From Caldicoprobacterales bacterium (GTDB taxonomy: Bacteria; Bacillota; Clostridia; Caldicoprobacterales; DTU083): DNA of 32,000 nucleotides. Each line of letters begins with the position of its first letter. Within the stretch, counting starts at the first letter, position 1. Where the stretch lies: contig JBMNJE010000011.1 of assembly GCA_050951505.1 (NCBI GenBank), forward strand, positions 483,168-515,167. The letters are read 5' to 3'. The notes below the pieces were generated by a model. The model searched no databases. It was not told the DNA's origin and saw only the letters and a program-made list of their open reading frames with translations. This document shows positions 1-10,414 of the stretch, piece after piece. The position numbers and the translations under genes are program-made.

Positions 1-627
1 CCCATAGAAATCATGGCACGCCGAGGTGAGGATACCATTCGATTCGGACCGCTGAAGCCGGTAGGTCTGCCGGATCCCAGAACGGGGAAAGAACCGTATG
101 CCGTAGTCCAGCTGCGTCAGGATGATGCCAGGGGCACCCTCTATAATCTTGTCGGCTTTCAGACCAACTTGAAATTTGGGGAGCAGAAACGTGTTTTTTC
201 ATTGATTCCCGGGTTGGAACAGGCTGATTTTGTAAGATACGGAGTAATGCATAGAAATACCTACATCCATTCACCTAAGCTGCTCGATCAATTCTACCGA
301 CTGAAAAACAATCCCAATATCTTTTTTGCCGGTCAGATTACCGGAGTTGAAGGGTACCTGGAATCTGCATCAAGCGGTTTGCTGGCTGGTTTTAACCTGG
401 CCCGCGTCATTAAAGGAAAAGAACCGGTTGATTTTACAGATCAAACAGCCATCGGTGCTTTGGCACATTATATATCCGGCACAGTTACGAAGGATTTTCA
501 GCCTATGAATATAAATTTTGGTATCATTGCACCGCTGGACAGAAAAATCCGCAAGAAAAAAGAACGAAATAGGGAACTGGCTGCAAGAGCTCTGGCAGTT
601 GTGGAATCAGTACGAAAATATAAGTAA
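1..627 (+). CDS. trmFO: tRNA (uracil-5-)-methyltransferase TrmFO/Gid, C-terminal part (5' end outside the window)
   Basis: Frame 1 is open from base 1, so the ATG at 13 is internal. TrmFO-like C-terminal sequence ([15 protein letters not shown]...[23 protein letters not shown]). TAA stop at 625-627. Lies upstream of hslVU-codY as in Bacillus. Confidence 0.85.
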   Translation, partial: PIEIMARRGEDTIRFGPLKPVGLPDPRTGKEPYAVVQLRQDDARGTLYNLVGFQTNLKFGEQKRVFSLIPGLEQADFVRYGVMHRNTYIHSPKLLDQFYRLKNNPNIFFAGQITGVEGYLESASSGLLAGFNLARVIKGKEPVDFTDQTAIGALAHYISGTVTKDFQPMNINFGIIAPLDRKIRKKKERNRELAARALAVVESVRKYK

Positions 628-675
628 GGAACCAGCATCATTTTGTCAGAATATACAGAATTGACTCAAATAATG

Positions 676-704
676 TTGAATTGTCTGTATTAATATGTTA
701 AGAT
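676..704 (+). promoter_or_regulatory. Candidate sigma-A promoter for hslVU-codY
   Basis: TTGAAT (676-681), 17-nt spacer, TAAGAT (699-704), with TGt immediately upstream (extended -10). About 35 nt upstream of the hslV start. Confidence 0.3.
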
Positions 705-738
705 TACAATGATTTGTGAAAAAAAAGGAGAAAACTGC

Positions 739-1269
739 ATGTTAAGAGGGACTACTATAGTTGCAGTGAGAAGAAATGGAAGTGGAGCCATTGCGGGTGA
801 CGGCCAGGTTACTCTGGGGCAGGCAACCATAATGAAACAAAAGGCACGAAAGGTGCGCCGTCTCTATCATGACAGAGTTCTTACAGGCTTTGCCGGTTCA
901 GTTGCTGATGCATTTACGCTTAATGAAAGATTTGAAGCAAAACTGGAAGAATACAATGGAAATCTGCAGCGTGCTGCTGTTGAACTGGCAAGGGAGTGGC
1001 GATCCGATAAGGTCCTGCAGAAACTGGAAGCCATGTTGATTGCCATGGACAGGAATAATCTTCTTATGATATCCGGTACTGGTGAGGTAATTGAGCCCGA
1101 TGATGACGTAACTGCCATCGGCTCAGGAGGAATGTATGCCATGGCAGCAGCCAAGGCATTGATTGCTCATACTGATATGAAAGCAGCCGATATCGTAAAA
1201 GAGGCATTGACGATCGCCTCTTCTATTTGTGTATATACCAATGATAATATACATGTGGAAGAAATTTAA
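739..1269 (+). CDS. hslV: ATP-dependent protease subunit HslV (ClpQ)
   Basis: Start chosen at ATG 739 ([10 protein letters not shown]...), with AAGGAG at 725-730, rather than the ORF-track start at 709. Motifs [22 protein letters not shown], and a TT nucleophile region near the N-terminus. Confidence 0.9.
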   Translation: MLRGTTIVAVRRNGSGAIAGDGQVTLGQATIMKQKARKVRRLYHDRVLTGFAGSVADAFTLNERFEAKLEEYNGNLQRAAVELAREWRSDKVLQKLEAMLIAMDRNNLLMISGTGEVIEPDDDVTAIGSGGMYAMAAAKALIAHTDMKAADIVKEALTIASSICVYTNDNIHVEEI

Positions 1270-1286
1270 AGGGGAGGAAGAAAATA

Positions 1287-2678
1287 ATGGATCTGACCCC
1301 TAAGGCAGTTGTCCGCGAGTTGGACCGCTATATCATAGGACAGGCGGACGCCAAGCGTTCTGTAGCAATTGCTCTACGCAACCGTTACCGCAGAAGCTTG
1401 CTGGATGAAAAACTCAGAGAAGAAATTACACCTAAGAATATTATAATGATAGGACCAACCGGAGTTGGAAAAACGGAAATTGCCCGTCGTCTTGCCAAAC
1501 TCGCCCGTGCTCCTTTTGTCAAAGTTGAGGCCACCAAATTCACTGAGGTAGGATACGTAGGGCGGGATGTGGAATCCATTATCCGGGATCTGGTCGAATC
1601 ATCGATTCGTATGGTAAAAAATGAAAAGGTGGAAAGTGTAAAAGAAAAGGCAGCTTTAGCTGCTGAAGAACGACTGTTGGATGTATTGCTGCCTGCCGGG
1701 AAAAAGAAAATATCCAGTCCTTTTGGATTTTTTCAGGATTCTTCCGATGAGCCGGTGGATGGTGAAATTATATCCGCTGAGTCCAGAGAAGAAGCGCCTC
1801 ACAGTACCAGAGAAAAATTTCGTCAAAGACTACGCGCCGGAAAACTGGAGGATTCGCTGGTGGAAATTGAGGTGGACGAAAGCAGATATCCCGGTGCCGG
1901 CCTTATTGCCGGAATGGGCAGTGAGGAAATGATGATTCAGATTCAGGATGTCTTCGGCAACCTCTTCCCCAAAAAAACAAAAACAAAAAAGGTAAGTATC
2001 AAAGAAGCGCGCAGGTTGTTTGAGCAGGAAGAGGCTCAGAAAATAATTGATATGGATGAAGTGATAGACGAGGCTGTCCGTCTGGCGGAACACAGCGGCA
2101 TTGTCTTCATCGATGAAATTGACAAGATAGCAGGAAAGGAAATGGCACATGGCCCGGATGTGTCAAGAGAAGGAGTACAGCGTGATATCCTTCCAATAGT
2201 TGAGGGAACCGTTGTGATGACCAAGTATGGTCCGGTTCGGACGGATTATATATTATTCATTGCAGCAGGCGCATTCCATGTTTCCAAGATATCCGATTTG
2301 ATTCCGGAGCTGCAGGGGAGGTTTCCCATACGAGTGGAGCTGCAAAGCTTATCGGAAGATGATTTTCGGCAGATTCTGGTACAGCCCGAAAATGCCATAA
2401 TAAAACAGCATATTGCACTAATGGCAACAGAAGGAGTCGAGCTGGTATTTACCGATGATGCAATTGAAGAGATTGCAAGAATCGCCTGTATCATGAATCA
2501 GAACAGTGAAAATATAGGGGCCAGAAGGCTTCATACCGTAATGGAGAAGCTGATTGAGGAGTTGTCCTTTTATGCTGATGAGCTGCATGGACAGACCATA
2601 ACAATCAACCGGGCTTTTGTGAAACAGAAGCTGAATGATGTCATAAAAGAAACGGATTTACACAAATATATACTGTAA
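1287..2678 (+). CDS. hslU: ATP-dependent protease ATPase subunit HslU (ClpY)
   Basis: 463 aa. Walker [10 protein letters not shown], Walker [11 protein letters not shown], typical HslU N-terminus ([16 protein letters not shown]) and sensor region ([12 protein letters not shown]). RBS GGGGAGGAAG upstream. Confidence 0.95.
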   Translation: MDLTPKAVVRELDRYIIGQADAKRSVAIALRNRYRRSLLDEKLREEITPKNIIMIGPTGVGKTEIARRLAKLARAPFVKVEATKFTEVGYVGRDVESIIRDLVESSIRMVKNEKVESVKEKAALAAEERLLDVLLPAGKKKISSPFGFFQDSSDEPVDGEIISAESREEAPHSTREKFRQRLRAGKLEDSLVEIEVDESRYPGAGLIAGMGSEEMMIQIQDVFGNLFPKKTKTKKVSIKEARRLFEQEEAQKIIDMDEVIDEAVRLAEHSGIVFIDEIDKIAGKEMAHGPDVSREGVQRDILPIVEGTVVMTKYGPVRTDYILFIAAGAFHVSKISDLIPELQGRFPIRVELQSLSEDDFRQILVQPENAIIKQHIALMATEGVELVFTDDAIEEIARIACIMNQNSENIGARRLHTVMEKLIEELSFYADELHGQTITINRAFVKQKLNDVIKETDLHKYIL

Positions 2679-2694
2679 TTGAAATGAACAGAAG

Positions 2695-3459
2695 ATGAGG
2701 AGTGACGTGCCAGTGTCCAAAGTATTATTGGAGAACACAAGAAAACTGAACAAAATTCTGCAGGCTTCCGGTCCGGATGGAGTTGTGTTTTCGGATCTTA
2801 CCAATATATTAAGCCAGATATTGGACTGCAATGTCTTTGTTGTCAGCAGAAAAGGCCGGATCCTGGGTATGACCCTGGCCGATAAAAACAGCAGCCTGCC
2901 TTTTGCCGAAGGTAATACAGGGGAGACAAGGTTTTCGGATCAATACAATGAAGATTTACTGAAGTACAACGAAACCCAGGTTAATATTAACGCAGACGGA
3001 GAAGCGAGAGTTTTTGTAACTATAATCCCAGTTAGATCCGGTGCAGAGAGATTAGGTACTTTGGTTTTCGAATGCTTTGGGAAGGAAATGACTACGGAAA
3101 GCATGGTCCTGGCGGAATACAGCGCCACCGTTGTCGGAATGGAAATCATGCGATCCAAGACTGAGGAAATTGAAGAACAGGTTCGTAAAAAAGCTGTGGT
3201 ACAGATGGCCATCGGCACCTTATCATATTCCGAGCTGGAAGCTGTAGAGCATATTTTCAACGAACTGGATGGCAGCGAAGGTTTACTGGTAGCCAGCAAA
3301 ATCGCGGACCGGGTAGGAATTACCCGCTCGGTTATTGTCAATGCTCTGCGTAAGTTTGAAAGTGCCGGTGTTATTGAATCACGTTCTCTGGGTATGAAGG
3401 GCACTCACATAAGAATATTGAATGATGAACTGCTGCCTGAGCTGGAAAAAGTAAAATAA
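2695..3459 (+). CDS. codY: GTP/BCAA-sensing pleiotropic repressor CodY
   Basis: Strong resemblance to CodY, including the C-terminal w[41 protein letters not shown]. The true start may be GTG 2713 ([12 protein letters not shown]...), 10 nt after GAGGAG at 2697-2702. Confidence 0.93.
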   Translation: MRSDVPVSKVLLENTRKLNKILQASGPDGVVFSDLTNILSQILDCNVFVVSRKGRILGMTLADKNSSLPFAEGNTGETRFSDQYNEDLLKYNETQVNINADGEARVFVTIIPVRSGAERLGTLVFECFGKEMTTESMVLAEYSATVVGMEIMRSKTEEIEEQVRKKAVVQMAIGTLSYSELEAVEHIFNELDGSEGLLVASKIADRVGITRSVIVNALRKFESAGVIESRSLGMKGTHIRILNDELLPELEKVK

Positions 3460-3491
3460 AGAGCCGGCATACAAGGGAGAGAGTGTTTTGC

Positions 3492-3932
3492 ATGGTGAAT
3501 GAAATGAATCGGATCAAGGAGATGATCAGGGCCAAAGGTTATAAGCTGACACCTCAGCGACGTGCTACCCTGGATGTAATATTGCGCAATGAGGGAAAAC
3601 ACATGAGTACTGAGGAGGTTTTCCAGGAGGTTAAAAAAACCTGTCCTGAAATTGGTCTGGCCACGGTATACAGGACTATGCTTCTCCTGGAGGAAGCACA
3701 GATTCTTCAAAGGCACAACTTTGACGATGGAAAAAACAGATATGAGTTGAAACATCCCGATGAAGATCATCACCATTTAATATGCAAAAAGTGTGGTAAA
3801 GTAATAGAGGTAGAAGATGATTTGTTAGAGGATCTGGAAAGTAAAATCCAGGAAAAATATTCATTCCGGATTGAGGAACACAAGGTACAGTTTACCGGCC
3901 TTTGTACAGAGTGTATTGATGGTATTATTTAA
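3492..3932 (+). CDS. Fur-family metalloregulator (Fur/PerR/Zur type; subtype not resolved)
   Basis: ATG 3492 lies 8-9 nt after AAGGGAGAGAG. Fur-family features: LTPQRRATLDVI, ATVYRTM, HHHLICKKCGKVIEV plus CTEC (two CxxC zinc pairs). Confidence 0.85.
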   Translation: MVNEMNRIKEMIRAKGYKLTPQRRATLDVILRNEGKHMSTEEVFQEVKKTCPEIGLATVYRTMLLLEEAQILQRHNFDDGKNRYELKHPDEDHHHLICKKCGKVIEVEDDLLEDLESKIQEKYSFRIEEHKVQFTGLCTECIDGII

Positions 3933-4030
3933 AAACCTATCCACTTCAGTTTAATAGAAAGCAGTATCTGTCAGCAATATTGCATTTGAAAGCAGAATCA
4001 ATATTGAGCAGCTGCAAGCTGTATCCTGGT

Positions 4031-4056
4031 AAGGACGGTTATCCGTCCTTTTTATT
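4031..4056 (+). terminator. Rho-independent terminator after the Fur-family gene
   Basis: Perfect 8-bp stem AAGGACGG (4031-4038) / CCGTCCTT (4043-4050), TTAT loop, followed by TTTTATTT. Confidence 0.65.
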
Positions 4057-4127
4057 TGTATTGTCTGGCAGAATATTCAAGGTCAGAGTGAACATACTAT
4101 TATTATACTTTGAGAGGATGATATTTC

Positions 4128-6545
4128 ATGAAAGGTATAATAATGGCAGGTGGTGAAGGTTCGCGCCTTCGCCCTCTGACTTGTGATCTGCCCAAGCCCA
4201 TGGTTCCGGTGATGAATAAACCGGTCATGGCATATAGTATTGAGCTTCTTAAAAAATATGGGATTAATGAGATCGGGGTAACCCTGCAGTATCGTCCGGA
4301 ACAGATTATGGACTACTTTCAGGATGGTTCCGATTATGGTGTAAAGCTGCACTACTATATCGAGGATACTCCCCTGGGCACGGCAGGCAGCGTAAAGAAT
4401 GCCGGCAGTTTTCTGGATCAACCTTTTGTTGTTATCAGCGGAGATGCTTTGACAGATATCAATCTGGAGAGAGCTGTGACATTTCACAGGAAAAGAAATT
4501 CTTTTGCCACATTGATTTTGAAACGAGTGGAAGTACCTTTGGAATATGGAGTGGTAGTAACCAATGGTACCAACCAGATTACCCGATTCCTGGAAAAACC
4601 CAATTGGGGTGAAGTGTTCAGTGATACAGTCAATACCGGCATATATATCCTGGAACCTGAAGTGCTGGATTACTTTGAATCAGGCCAGAAGTTTGATTTC
4701 AGCCAGGATCTCTTTCCAATGCTTCTCAGGGATAGAAAGCCAATGTATGGCTATATAGCGGAAGGATATTGGTGTGACATTGGAAATTCGAAAACCTATC
4801 TGACTGCCCATTATGATATGCTGGCAGGGCGGGTAGCTCATGGTTTCGACGGTGCAGAAAGAGAGAAAGGTGTTTTTCTTGGCAAAGGAGTCAAAATAGA
4901 CAAGGATGCGATTATAGAAGGGCCCTGCTTAATAGGGGATTACAGCAATGTGGAGAAGGGAGCTGTAATCGGCCCTTATACGGTGATAGGAGCAAACTGC
5001 AATATTAGAAAGGATGCTACCATTAAGCGCAGTGTTCTCTGGAACCATGTTGAACTGGGAAAAGGAGCGCAAATACGCGGCGCTACACTTTGTACCAAAG
5101 TAGAAACAGAGGAACGGGTTTCGATTTATGAAGGGGCGGTTGTCGGAGATGGATGCGAGCTCCTGCAAGGAGCTGTAATCAAACCGCAGGTAAAAATATG
5201 GCCGGACAAAACAGTGGAAGAAGGATGTATTGTACAAACCAATATTATTTGGGGCAGCAGGTCCGGTCGTTCTCTCTTTGGTAAGGACGGCATCAGCGGT
5301 TCTGTTAATGTGGAGCTATCTCCTCAAATTATGTCCAGAATCGGTGCAGCCTTTGGTGCCTTTCTAAATCCTGGTAAAAGAGCAGCTGTTTGCTGTGATA
5401 ACCTTCCCGGCAATGCCATGCTGAAGCACGGCATGATATCCGGATTGCTGTCAGCCGGAATTGAGGTATTTGATCTGGGTCAGCTGACGACACCTGTTCT
5501 TCGCTATGCGGTTAAACAACTTGCGTTGGATGCCGGCATACATATTTTTGCTTCGAAAAATAAGGAGGGGAATGCCAGGATTCATTTTGTGGATTCTGCT
5601 GGCAGCACTCTGTCTCCTGCTGAGGAACGAAAAATAGAAAACATTTATATTCGTGATGACTTCAAAAGGCAGAACCATCAGGACATTAAACGCGTCAATA
5701 CCTTATATGACATACCACTTTTTTACATACGCTCACTGATAGATGAAGTAAGAGCGGAAGATATTCGCAGAAAAAAGTACAGAATATTGGTCTCCACAAG
5801 CGGCAGCAGACTGGGCAGTTATCTCCTGCACAGGCTGCTTGAAGAGCTGGGGTGTGATGTGATAAAGTGCAGGGGTGAGATAGACAAGGAAAGCAAGACA
5901 GGTGAATATGACCTGAGCTGCATATTGGATGCAAACGGTGAGACTATTGCCCTGTCAGACGAAAATGGAAATAAGATCAGCAGAGAAGAGCATAATGCAC
6001 TTATCAGCTTAATTTACCTGAAGAGCAAGCCGCAAGGGAAAATAGCCGTACCATATACAGCCCCGGGAGTCATTGACAAACTGGCCCAATACTATGATTG
6101 TGATGTAGTGCGTACAAAATCCAGCAAACAAGCCATTATGAAGGAAACTATGGGAACGGATCTGTTTTTATTGTACTTTGACGGCATTGCCTTTCTGGCT
6201 AAGTTATTGGATAGGATGGCTGTGGATAATGTCAGTCTGTCCGATTTAATTGAAGAAATTCCCAAGTTCCACATGAAGGAGATAGAAATTCCCTGTCCCT
6301 GGAACAAGAAGGGCATGGTTATGCGTTCCCTGATAGAGGATGAGATGAACAGCAGGGGTAGAATAGAGTTGTTTGAAGGGATACGTATCAATCGTGACAA
6401 GGGATGGGCTTTGATACTCCCTGATTCTGACGAGCCTGTATGCAGAGTATACAGCGAAGGTTATAATGAGGAGTATGCGGAAGAACTGGCTGCCTATTAT
6501 GAGAAGCGAATCAGGGAAATCCAGTCAACTGAAGGTTTGAGTTGA
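4128..6545 (+). CDS. Fusion protein: sugar-1-phosphate nucleotidyltransferase (GMPP/RmlA-like) + left-handed beta-helix + phosphogluco/phosphomannomutase-like C-terminal domains
   Basis: 805 aa. N-terminal GGxGxRLxPLT...KP signature ([23 protein letters not shown]). Hexapeptide-repeat segment ([25 protein letters not shown]...). C-terminal half has PGM/PMM layout (LFGKDGISG...TTPVLRYAV...). RBS GAGAGGA upstream of the ATG. Confidence 0.8.
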   Translation: MKGIIMAGGEGSRLRPLTCDLPKPMVPVMNKPVMAYSIELLKKYGINEIGVTLQYRPEQIMDYFQDGSDYGVKLHYYIEDTPLGTAGSVKNAGSFLDQPFVVISGDALTDINLERAVTFHRKRNSFATLILKRVEVPLEYGVVVTNGTNQITRFLEKPNWGEVFSDTVNTGIYILEPEVLDYFESGQKFDFSQDLFPMLLRDRKPMYGYIAEGYWCDIGNSKTYLTAHYDMLAGRVAHGFDGAEREKGVFLGKGVKIDKDAIIEGPCLIGDYSNVEKGAVIGPYTVIGANCNIRKDATIKRSVLWNHVELGKGAQIRGATLCTKVETEERVSIYEGAVVGDGCELLQGAVIKPQVKIWPDKTVEEGCIVQTNIIWGSRSGRSLFGKDGISGSVNVELSPQIMSRIGAAFGAFLNPGKRAAVCCDNLPGNAMLKHGMISGLLSAGIEVFDLGQLTTPVLRYAVKQLALDAGIHIFASKNKEGNARIHFVDSAGSTLSPAEERKIENIYIRDDFKRQNHQDIKRVNTLYDIPLFYIRSLIDEVRAEDIRRKKYRILVSTSGSRLGSYLLHRLLEELGCDVIKCRGEIDKESKTGEYDLSCILDANGETIALSDENGNKISREEHNALISLIYLKSKPQGKIAVPYTAPGVIDKLAQYYDCDVVRTKSSKQAIMKETMGTDLFLLYFDGIAFLAKLLDRMAVDNVSLSDLIEEIPKFHMKEIEIPCPWNKKGMVMRSLIEDEMNSRGRIELFEGIRINRDKGWALILPDSDEPVCRVYSEGYNEEYAEELAAYYEKRIREIQSTEGLS

Positions 6546-6555
6546 CTTTAGCCGC

Positions 6556-6584
6556 TTGCAGACCCATGTGAATTAAAGTATAAT
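6556..6584 (+). promoter_or_regulatory. Candidate sigma-A promoter for rnj
   Basis: TTGCAG (6556-6561), 17-nt spacer, TATAAT (6579-6584). About 65 nt upstream of the GTG start. Confidence 0.4.
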
Positions 6585-6650
6585 GAAAATATTGGAGTTG
6601 AGCGGATATTTTACCAATGTGTATAGATTAAAAGGAGGAGAAATTCGTTA

Positions 6651-8312
6651 GTGTCATCAAAAACTAAAACTTTAAAAATAATTCCCCTGGGCGGGCTGGG
6701 TGAAATAGGCAAAAATATGATGGTGGTAGAGTATGCAGACGATATCATCATCATTGATTGCGGCGTCAGCTTTCCTGAGGATGAAATGCTGGGAATCGAC
6801 CTTGTGATCCCGGATATCTCCTATTTGCAGAAAAATAAGGAGAAAATAAGAGCAATAGTATTAACCCACGGGCACGAGGACCATATCGGAGCATTACCTT
6901 ATGTATTAAAGGAGATTAATGTACCGGTGTACGGTACCAAGCTTACATTAGGCCTCGTTAGGAATAAATTGGAAGAACATCGTGTTGATGCTTCCTTGCA
7001 GGTAGTAAAGGCAAAGGATGTAGTAAGGTTTGGGAAAATGAAGGTTGAATTCATCAATACCAGCCACAGTATAGCCGATTCCGTTGCCGTTGCCATACAT
7101 TCCCCTGCTGGTATCATTATTCATACCAGCGACTTCAAAGTTGATTTTACCCCAATAGACGGACAGGTAATTGACCTGGCCCGATTTGCCGGCCTGGGGG
7201 AACAGGGCGTCTTAGCCCTGTTTGCAGACAGCACCAATGTTGAGCGCCCCGGTTACACCATGTCGGAAAAAACGGTGGGTGAAACCTTTGAAAGAATGTT
7301 TGAAGATGCAAAAGGAAGGATCATAATCGCCTCATTTGCGTCCAATATACATCGTATACAGCAGGTTATCAATGCAGCAGCCAAATACAACAGAAAACTG
7401 TGTGTATCCGGCAGAAGCATGGTTAATGTGGTTAACGTAGCCACCGAGCTGGGATATTTGTCTCTGCCGGACAACATGCTGGTGGATATCGATAATATCA
7501 GCGATTATCCCGATGAACGGGTTGTGGTACTGACGACCGGCAGCCAGGGAGAACCCATGTCAGCACTGGCCAGAATGGCATCTTCAGAGCACCGAAAGCT
7601 GGATATAAAACCGGATGATTTGGTTATCATATCCGCTACCGCAATACCCGGAAACGAGAAACTGGTATCCAAGATTATCAATCAGTTATTCAAGAAAGGT
7701 GCCAATGTAATTTATGAGGGACTCATGGAAACCCATGTATCCGGCCATGCCTGTCAGGAAGAGTTAAAGCTCATTCATAGTCTGGTAAAGCCCAAATTTT
7801 TTATCCCTGTTCACGGGGAGTATCGTCATTTGAAACAGCACGCCAGGCTGGCAGAATCCCTGGGCATGCCCAGAGAAAATATACTGATTGCCGATCTGGG
7901 AAACGTAATCGAGCTTACTCCGGATTCATGCAGGATCAGCGATACGGTAACGGCCGGAAAGGTGCTGGTGGACGGCCTTGGCATAGGCGATGTAGGCAAT
8001 ATTGTTCTACGTGACAGAAAGCATCTGTCTCAGGATGGTTTAATGGTAGTGGTGGTTACGGTGTCCAGGGATAACTTCAGCATTATCTCCGGCCCTGATA
8101 TCATTTCCCGTGGGTTTGTATATGTACGTGAATCAGAAGAGTTGATGGATGATGCCAAAGAAGTAGTTATCAGAGTTATGGAAGAGTGCGAGGAAAGGAA
8201 CATCACCGACTGGGGCACCATTAAGCTCAATGTCCGAAGCGCATTGCGTGACTTTCTGTATGAGCGCACCAAACGTAAACCGATGATACTTCCCGTTATT
8301 ATGGAGATATAG
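6651..8312 (+). CDS. rnj: Ribonuclease J (metallo-beta-lactamase / beta-CASP RNase)
   Basis: 553 aa. GTG start after AAAGGAGGAG. Motifs LTHGHEDHIGALPY, beta-CASP region, HVSGHA, PVHGEYRH. N-terminus (LKIIPLGGLGEIGKNM) is typical of RNase J. Confidence 0.92.
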   Translation: MSSKTKTLKIIPLGGLGEIGKNMMVVEYADDIIIIDCGVSFPEDEMLGIDLVIPDISYLQKNKEKIRAIVLTHGHEDHIGALPYVLKEINVPVYGTKLTLGLVRNKLEEHRVDASLQVVKAKDVVRFGKMKVEFINTSHSIADSVAVAIHSPAGIIIHTSDFKVDFTPIDGQVIDLARFAGLGEQGVLALFADSTNVERPGYTMSEKTVGETFERMFEDAKGRIIIASFASNIHRIQQVINAAAKYNRKLCVSGRSMVNVVNVATELGYLSLPDNMLVDIDNISDYPDERVVVLTTGSQGEPMSALARMASSEHRKLDIKPDDLVIISATAIPGNEKLVSKIINQLFKKGANVIYEGLMETHVSGHACQEELKLIHSLVKPKFFIPVHGEYRHLKQHARLAESLGMPRENILIADLGNVIELTPDSCRISDTVTAGKVLVDGLGIGDVGNIVLRDRKHLSQDGLMVVVVTVSRDNFSIISGPDIISRGFVYVRESEELMDDAKEVVIRVMEECEERNITDWGTIKLNVRSALRDFLYERTKRKPMILPVIMEI

Positions 8313-8383
8313 CTGGAATTTATTAATATGGCATGTCAGCCGATACAGGAAAGTAAGCGTATGGAGTTTCGTCTGCTTTTATC

Positions 8384-8412
8384 TTGCCAAACTTTAAGCC
8401 GGGCTATATAAT
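8384..8412 (+). promoter_or_regulatory. Candidate sigma-A promoter for mltG
   Basis: TTGCCA (8384-8389), 17-nt spacer, TATAAT (8407-8412). Confidence 0.4.
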
Positions 8413-8458
8413 GTAACTAGATTAAACCTAAAAAAGCTACCATCCTGGGAGGTATTTC

Positions 8459-9628
8459 ATGGCTGAAACTACAGCAGCGAGGAGTAAGAAAACCGTACAA
8501 TCAGATAAACATAAATTCAGATTACATCCTGTATTGAAAAAAATGCTGAGACAGCTTCTTGTTTTTTTAGTTAGTCTTTCTATAGTGTCAGGCTCTATTT
8601 ATTTGGCTGTACAGACAGTTTACAGCAAGTTTTTTAAGCCGGTGGATCCTGAGAATGATACCAAGATTACCATCGAAGTGCCCATGGGCACTTCGATAAA
8701 CGGCATTGCCAAGATATTATACGAAAACAACCTGATTCGAAACACAGGTGCATTTAAGCTTATGGTTGATCTCTCCAATAAAGCCAATAAAATGCAGGCA
8801 GGAAAATACGAATTATCACAGAACATGACCCTGCAGGAGATGATTGACGAGCTGATGACCGGCAGGGTTTCAGTTTCCACTATACTTGTTACAATCAGAG
8901 AAGGCGAAGATATAAGGAAGATTGCATCCCGTCTCGTAAACGAGTATAAGATGAATTTTACAGTGGAACAGTTTATTGCAGAGGCCAAAAAAATTGACAA
9001 GTATGCGGAGGATTATCCCTTTCTCAACAATATACCTGAAGAAAGAAAGGCCTTGAAATTTCCAATGGAAGGTTATTTGTTTCCTGACACCTATGATTTC
9101 TATGCGGATTCAAGTCCCGAACGGATTATTCGCACCATGCTGAGTGAATTTGACGCCAACTTTACCTTGGAAATGCGCGAATTGGCCGAAGAGAAGGGAA
9201 TGAGCATGGATGAAGTTGTAACCCTGGCATCCATTATTCAGAATGAAGCTAAGAGCGAGGAGTTTACCAAGGTATCGGCTGTTTTTCATAATCGCTTGAA
9301 CATTAAAATGAATCTGGAATCCTGTGCAACGGTAAATTATGTTTTGGAGGACAGGGAGGTTAATCAAGTTACTATTACAGTAGAAGATACTAAAATAGAT
9401 TCTCCTTACAACACCTATCGAAATCCAGGGCTGCCCATAGGTCCCATTTCCTCCCCCGGCAAAGCAGCATTGGAAGCAGCTTTGCAGCCCTATGCTGAAT
9501 TTATGGAACCTAACGAGGCCATGCTGTTTTTTGTATTGATGGATCCCGAAATTGGTCATCATGCATTTAACAGCACCTATGAAGGGCATGTAAAGGATAA
9601 GAAAAAATATGAGGTTAACTGGAATTAA
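8459..9628 (+). CDS. mltG: Endolytic murein transglycosylase MltG (YceG family)
   Basis: 389 aa. N-terminal TM (LLVFLVSLSIVSGSIYLAV). YceG-like motifs (AGKYEL, EGYLFPDTY, LASIIQNEA, YNTYRNPGLPIGPISSPG). Confidence 0.9.
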   Translation: MAETTAARSKKTVQSDKHKFRLHPVLKKMLRQLLVFLVSLSIVSGSIYLAVQTVYSKFFKPVDPENDTKITIEVPMGTSINGIAKILYENNLIRNTGAFKLMVDLSNKANKMQAGKYELSQNMTLQEMIDELMTGRVSVSTILVTIREGEDIRKIASRLVNEYKMNFTVEQFIAEAKKIDKYAEDYPFLNNIPEERKALKFPMEGYLFPDTYDFYADSSPERIIRTMLSEFDANFTLEMRELAEEKGMSMDEVVTLASIIQNEAKSEEFTKVSAVFHNRLNIKMNLESCATVNYVLEDREVNQVTITVEDTKIDSPYNTYRNPGLPIGPISSPGKAALEAALQPYAEFMEPNEAMLFFVLMDPEIGHHAFNSTYEGHVKDKKKYEVNWN

Positions 9629-9657
9629 CAGTAATTTCATATTTAGGCCGACAGCAG

Positions 9658-9687
9658 GCTCACTTTTCAAGTGAGCTTTCTCTTTTT
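9658..9687 (+). terminator. Rho-independent terminator after mltG
   Basis: Stem GCTCACT(T) / (A)AGTGAGC with a short loop, followed by TTTCTCTTTTT. Confidence 0.55.
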
Positions 9688-9703
9688 AGTGAGGTGCAGA
9701 TAG

Positions 9704-10366
9704 ATGGAATATATAAACAAAAAATATATAGATGAGTATCTTGCTGATTTGATTGATTTTCCTGAGACGCCGGTTATGGCAGAAATACGGAAAGCTGCAG
9801 AAGAAAAGAACTATCCCATACTCAGACCCCTTGCTGCTTCCCTTCTTAATATCATGGTGCGCATGAAAAATCCGTATTCGGTATTGGAAATCGGCACCTC
9901 CATCGGCTATTCGGGGATGGTGATATTGGGGGCTATGGAAGCCAAAGGACGTCTGACTACAGTGGATTCGGATGAAGATGTACTTCGCCTGGCTAAGGAA
10001 AACTTCAGAAAACAAGGTGTATCGGATCGGGTACTGCTGATATGCGGAGACGGAAGGGATGTTCTGCATCATTTGGAGGACGCCTTTGACATGATTTTTT
10101 TGGACGGCCCCAAAGCCCAGTATCTGCTCTATCTGCCTGACTGTATCAGGCTGCTGAAGAATAATGGTATACTAATTTGTGATAATGTTTTATTTTACGG
10201 CATGGTAGCGAAGGACAGCCTGATTCAAAAAAGAAAGATAACAATTGTGAAACGGCTGCGAAAGTTCCTTCGTATTCTTACTGAGCATCCCATACTGGAT
10301 ACCACCATTATTCCAATAGGGGACGGAATTTCAGTCAGTATTAAAAAGGGCAGCGATATGATGTAA
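9704..10366 (+). CDS. Class I SAM-dependent O-methyltransferase (YrrM/TrmR-like)
   Basis: 220 aa. SAM motif VLEIGTSIGYS, acidic loop D..D, FLDGPK. Sits between mltG and a U32 peptidase as B. subtilis yrrM does (yrrL-yrrM-yrrN/O). Confidence 0.8.
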   Translation: MEYINKKYIDEYLADLIDFPETPVMAEIRKAAEEKNYPILRPLAASLLNIMVRMKNPYSVLEIGTSIGYSGMVILGAMEAKGRLTTVDSDEDVLRLAKENFRKQGVSDRVLLICGDGRDVLHHLEDAFDMIFLDGPKAQYLLYLPDCIRLLKNNGILICDNVLFYGMVAKDSLIQKRKITIVKRLRKFLRILTEHPILDTTIIPIGDGISVSIKKGSDMM

Positions 10367-10414
10367 AGATAAATTTAGGGCTATAAAGAACTATTACTAC
10401 AGGGAGGCAGAAAA

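Noticed and set aside
3933-4127. Fur/PerR box or a clear sigma-A promoter for the nucleotidyltransferase gene in the 195-nt intergenic region.
   Set aside because: I found no match to the Fur (GATAATGATAATCATTATC) or PerR (TTATAATnATTATAA) consensus. TATACT at 4104-4109 has no acceptable -35 at a 16-18 nt spacing, so I annotated no promoter.
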